From Eledone cirrhosa (lineage: Eukaryota), in assembly GCA_964016885.1 (NCBI GenBank), contig OZ024742.1, positions 177,630,001-177,694,000 of the forward strand: a stretch of 64,000 bases of DNA, written 5' to 3'. The stretch's first letter is position 1, and the number at the start of each line of letters is the position of its first letter. The notes under the pieces are model-generated. The model was not told where the DNA came from. It did not search any database and was given only the letters and a program-made list of their open reading frames with translations. Positions 62,850 through 64,000 of this stretch are shown one piece after another. Made by a program: the position numbers and the translations under genes.

Positions 62850-63086
62850 TATACACATATGCATACAGGTACACATACATATATGCACGCATATGCAATC
62901 GAACAGCCTGAATTTATGCCATACGGTGTTAAACAAAAAGGTGACGTGGTTGCCTTAACACCGTATGGCATAAATTCAGGCTGTTCGATTTGTTGACAAA
63001 CAAACGAACAAAGCAGGCGTTATAATAAACGTCGGCTAGACTGATGCGTGCATATATGTATGTGTACCTGTATGCATATGTGTATA

Positions 63087-63148
<62 letters not shown>

Positions 63149-63383
63149 TGCTACTGTACGTCTGTATACATATATATATGTACGTATACATACATACTTA
63201 CATTTAAGTAAGTGCCATACTAAGAGTGAGAAATGAAATTTCGTTTTCATTTTTTTCAACTTATCGTTTTCGGTATGCCTGACCGATTTAACTCACTCAA
63301 TATGCAAATTAGGCTGCTCAGTCGTTAATTTTCATAAGGAAAGTATATACTTTCGAACGTTCAACTATCTGGCAGATGGGTAA

Positions 63384-63426
63384 ACGGTGCTGATGATAGC
63401 TAACAAGCTTGAAACTAGTACATCGT
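63384..63426 (+). ncRNA. Minimal type I hammerhead ribozyme
   Basis: acggtg-CTGATGA-t-agct-aaca-agct-t-GAAA-ctag-TA-catcgt. Confidence 0.9.
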
Positions 63427-63597
63427 TCCTGTGTCAGTGTTGAACAAAAAGGTGACGTGGTTGCCTTAACACCGTATGGCATAAATTCAGGCTGTTCGAT
63501 TTGTTGACAAACAAACGAACAAAGCAGGCGTTATAATAAACGTCGGCTAAACTGATGCGTGCATATATGTATGTGTACCTGTATGCATATGTGTATA

Positions 63598-63657
<60 letters not shown>

Positions 63658-63892
63658 TGCTACTGTACGTCTGTATACATATATGTATGTACGTATACAT
63701 ACATACTTACATTTAAGTAAGTGCCATACTAAGAGTGAGAAATGAAATTTCGTTTTCATTTTTTTCAACTTATCGTTTTCGGTATGCCTGACCGATTTAA
63801 CTCACTCAATATGCAAATTAGGCTGCTCAGCCGTTAATTTTCATAAGGAAAGTATATACTTTCGAACGTTCAACTATCTGGCAGATGGGTAA

Positions 63893-63935
63893 ACGGTGCT
63901 GATGATAGCTAACAAGCTTGAAACTAGTACATCGT
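63893..63935 (+). ncRNA. Minimal type I hammerhead ribozyme
   Basis: Identical to 63384-63426, 509 bp downstream. Confidence 0.9.
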
Positions 63936-64000
63936 TCCTGTGTCAGTGTTGAACAAAAAGGTGACGTGGTTGCCTTAACACCGTATGGCATAAATTCAGG

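Larger units (their letters stand above)
62674..64000 (+). mobile_element. ~510-bp tandem HHR-bearing array (runs off the window) preceded by an inverted partial unit; retrozyme / pLTR multimer
   Basis: ggtgacgtgg at 62940, 63451 and 63960; 62674-62932 is the reverse complement of 62955-63264. Confidence 0.88.

Overview
AT-rich, repeat-saturated animal (non-prokaryotic) DNA. The SINE families and very long (TA)n/(CA)n/(GA)n tracts suggest a cephalopod such as Octopus; this is inference only. I cannot support any host protein-coding gene, and almost all listed ORFs are translated microsatellites. The real content is mobile DNA: one near full-length but disrupted Penelope-like element (RT plus GIY-YIG, about 43.7-47.1 kb), five more 5'-truncated Penelope GIY-YIG remnants, about 20 tRNA-derived SINEs, RTE and RLE-type LINE fragments, and a non-autonomous Helitron. 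The most notable signal is about 20 type I hammerhead ribozyme (HHR) motifs from roughly 10 distinct families, most of them minimal with a palindromic stem III. They occur in (i) a near-perfect 310-bp tandem array and a ~510-bp tandem array that look like non-LTR retrozymes or Penelope pLTR multimers able to release circularisable monomers, and (ii) repeated fold-back insertions in (TA)n. Three families carry the compensatory U3-A8 core (UUGAnAA) instead of C3-G8. All coordinates and folds were read by eye.
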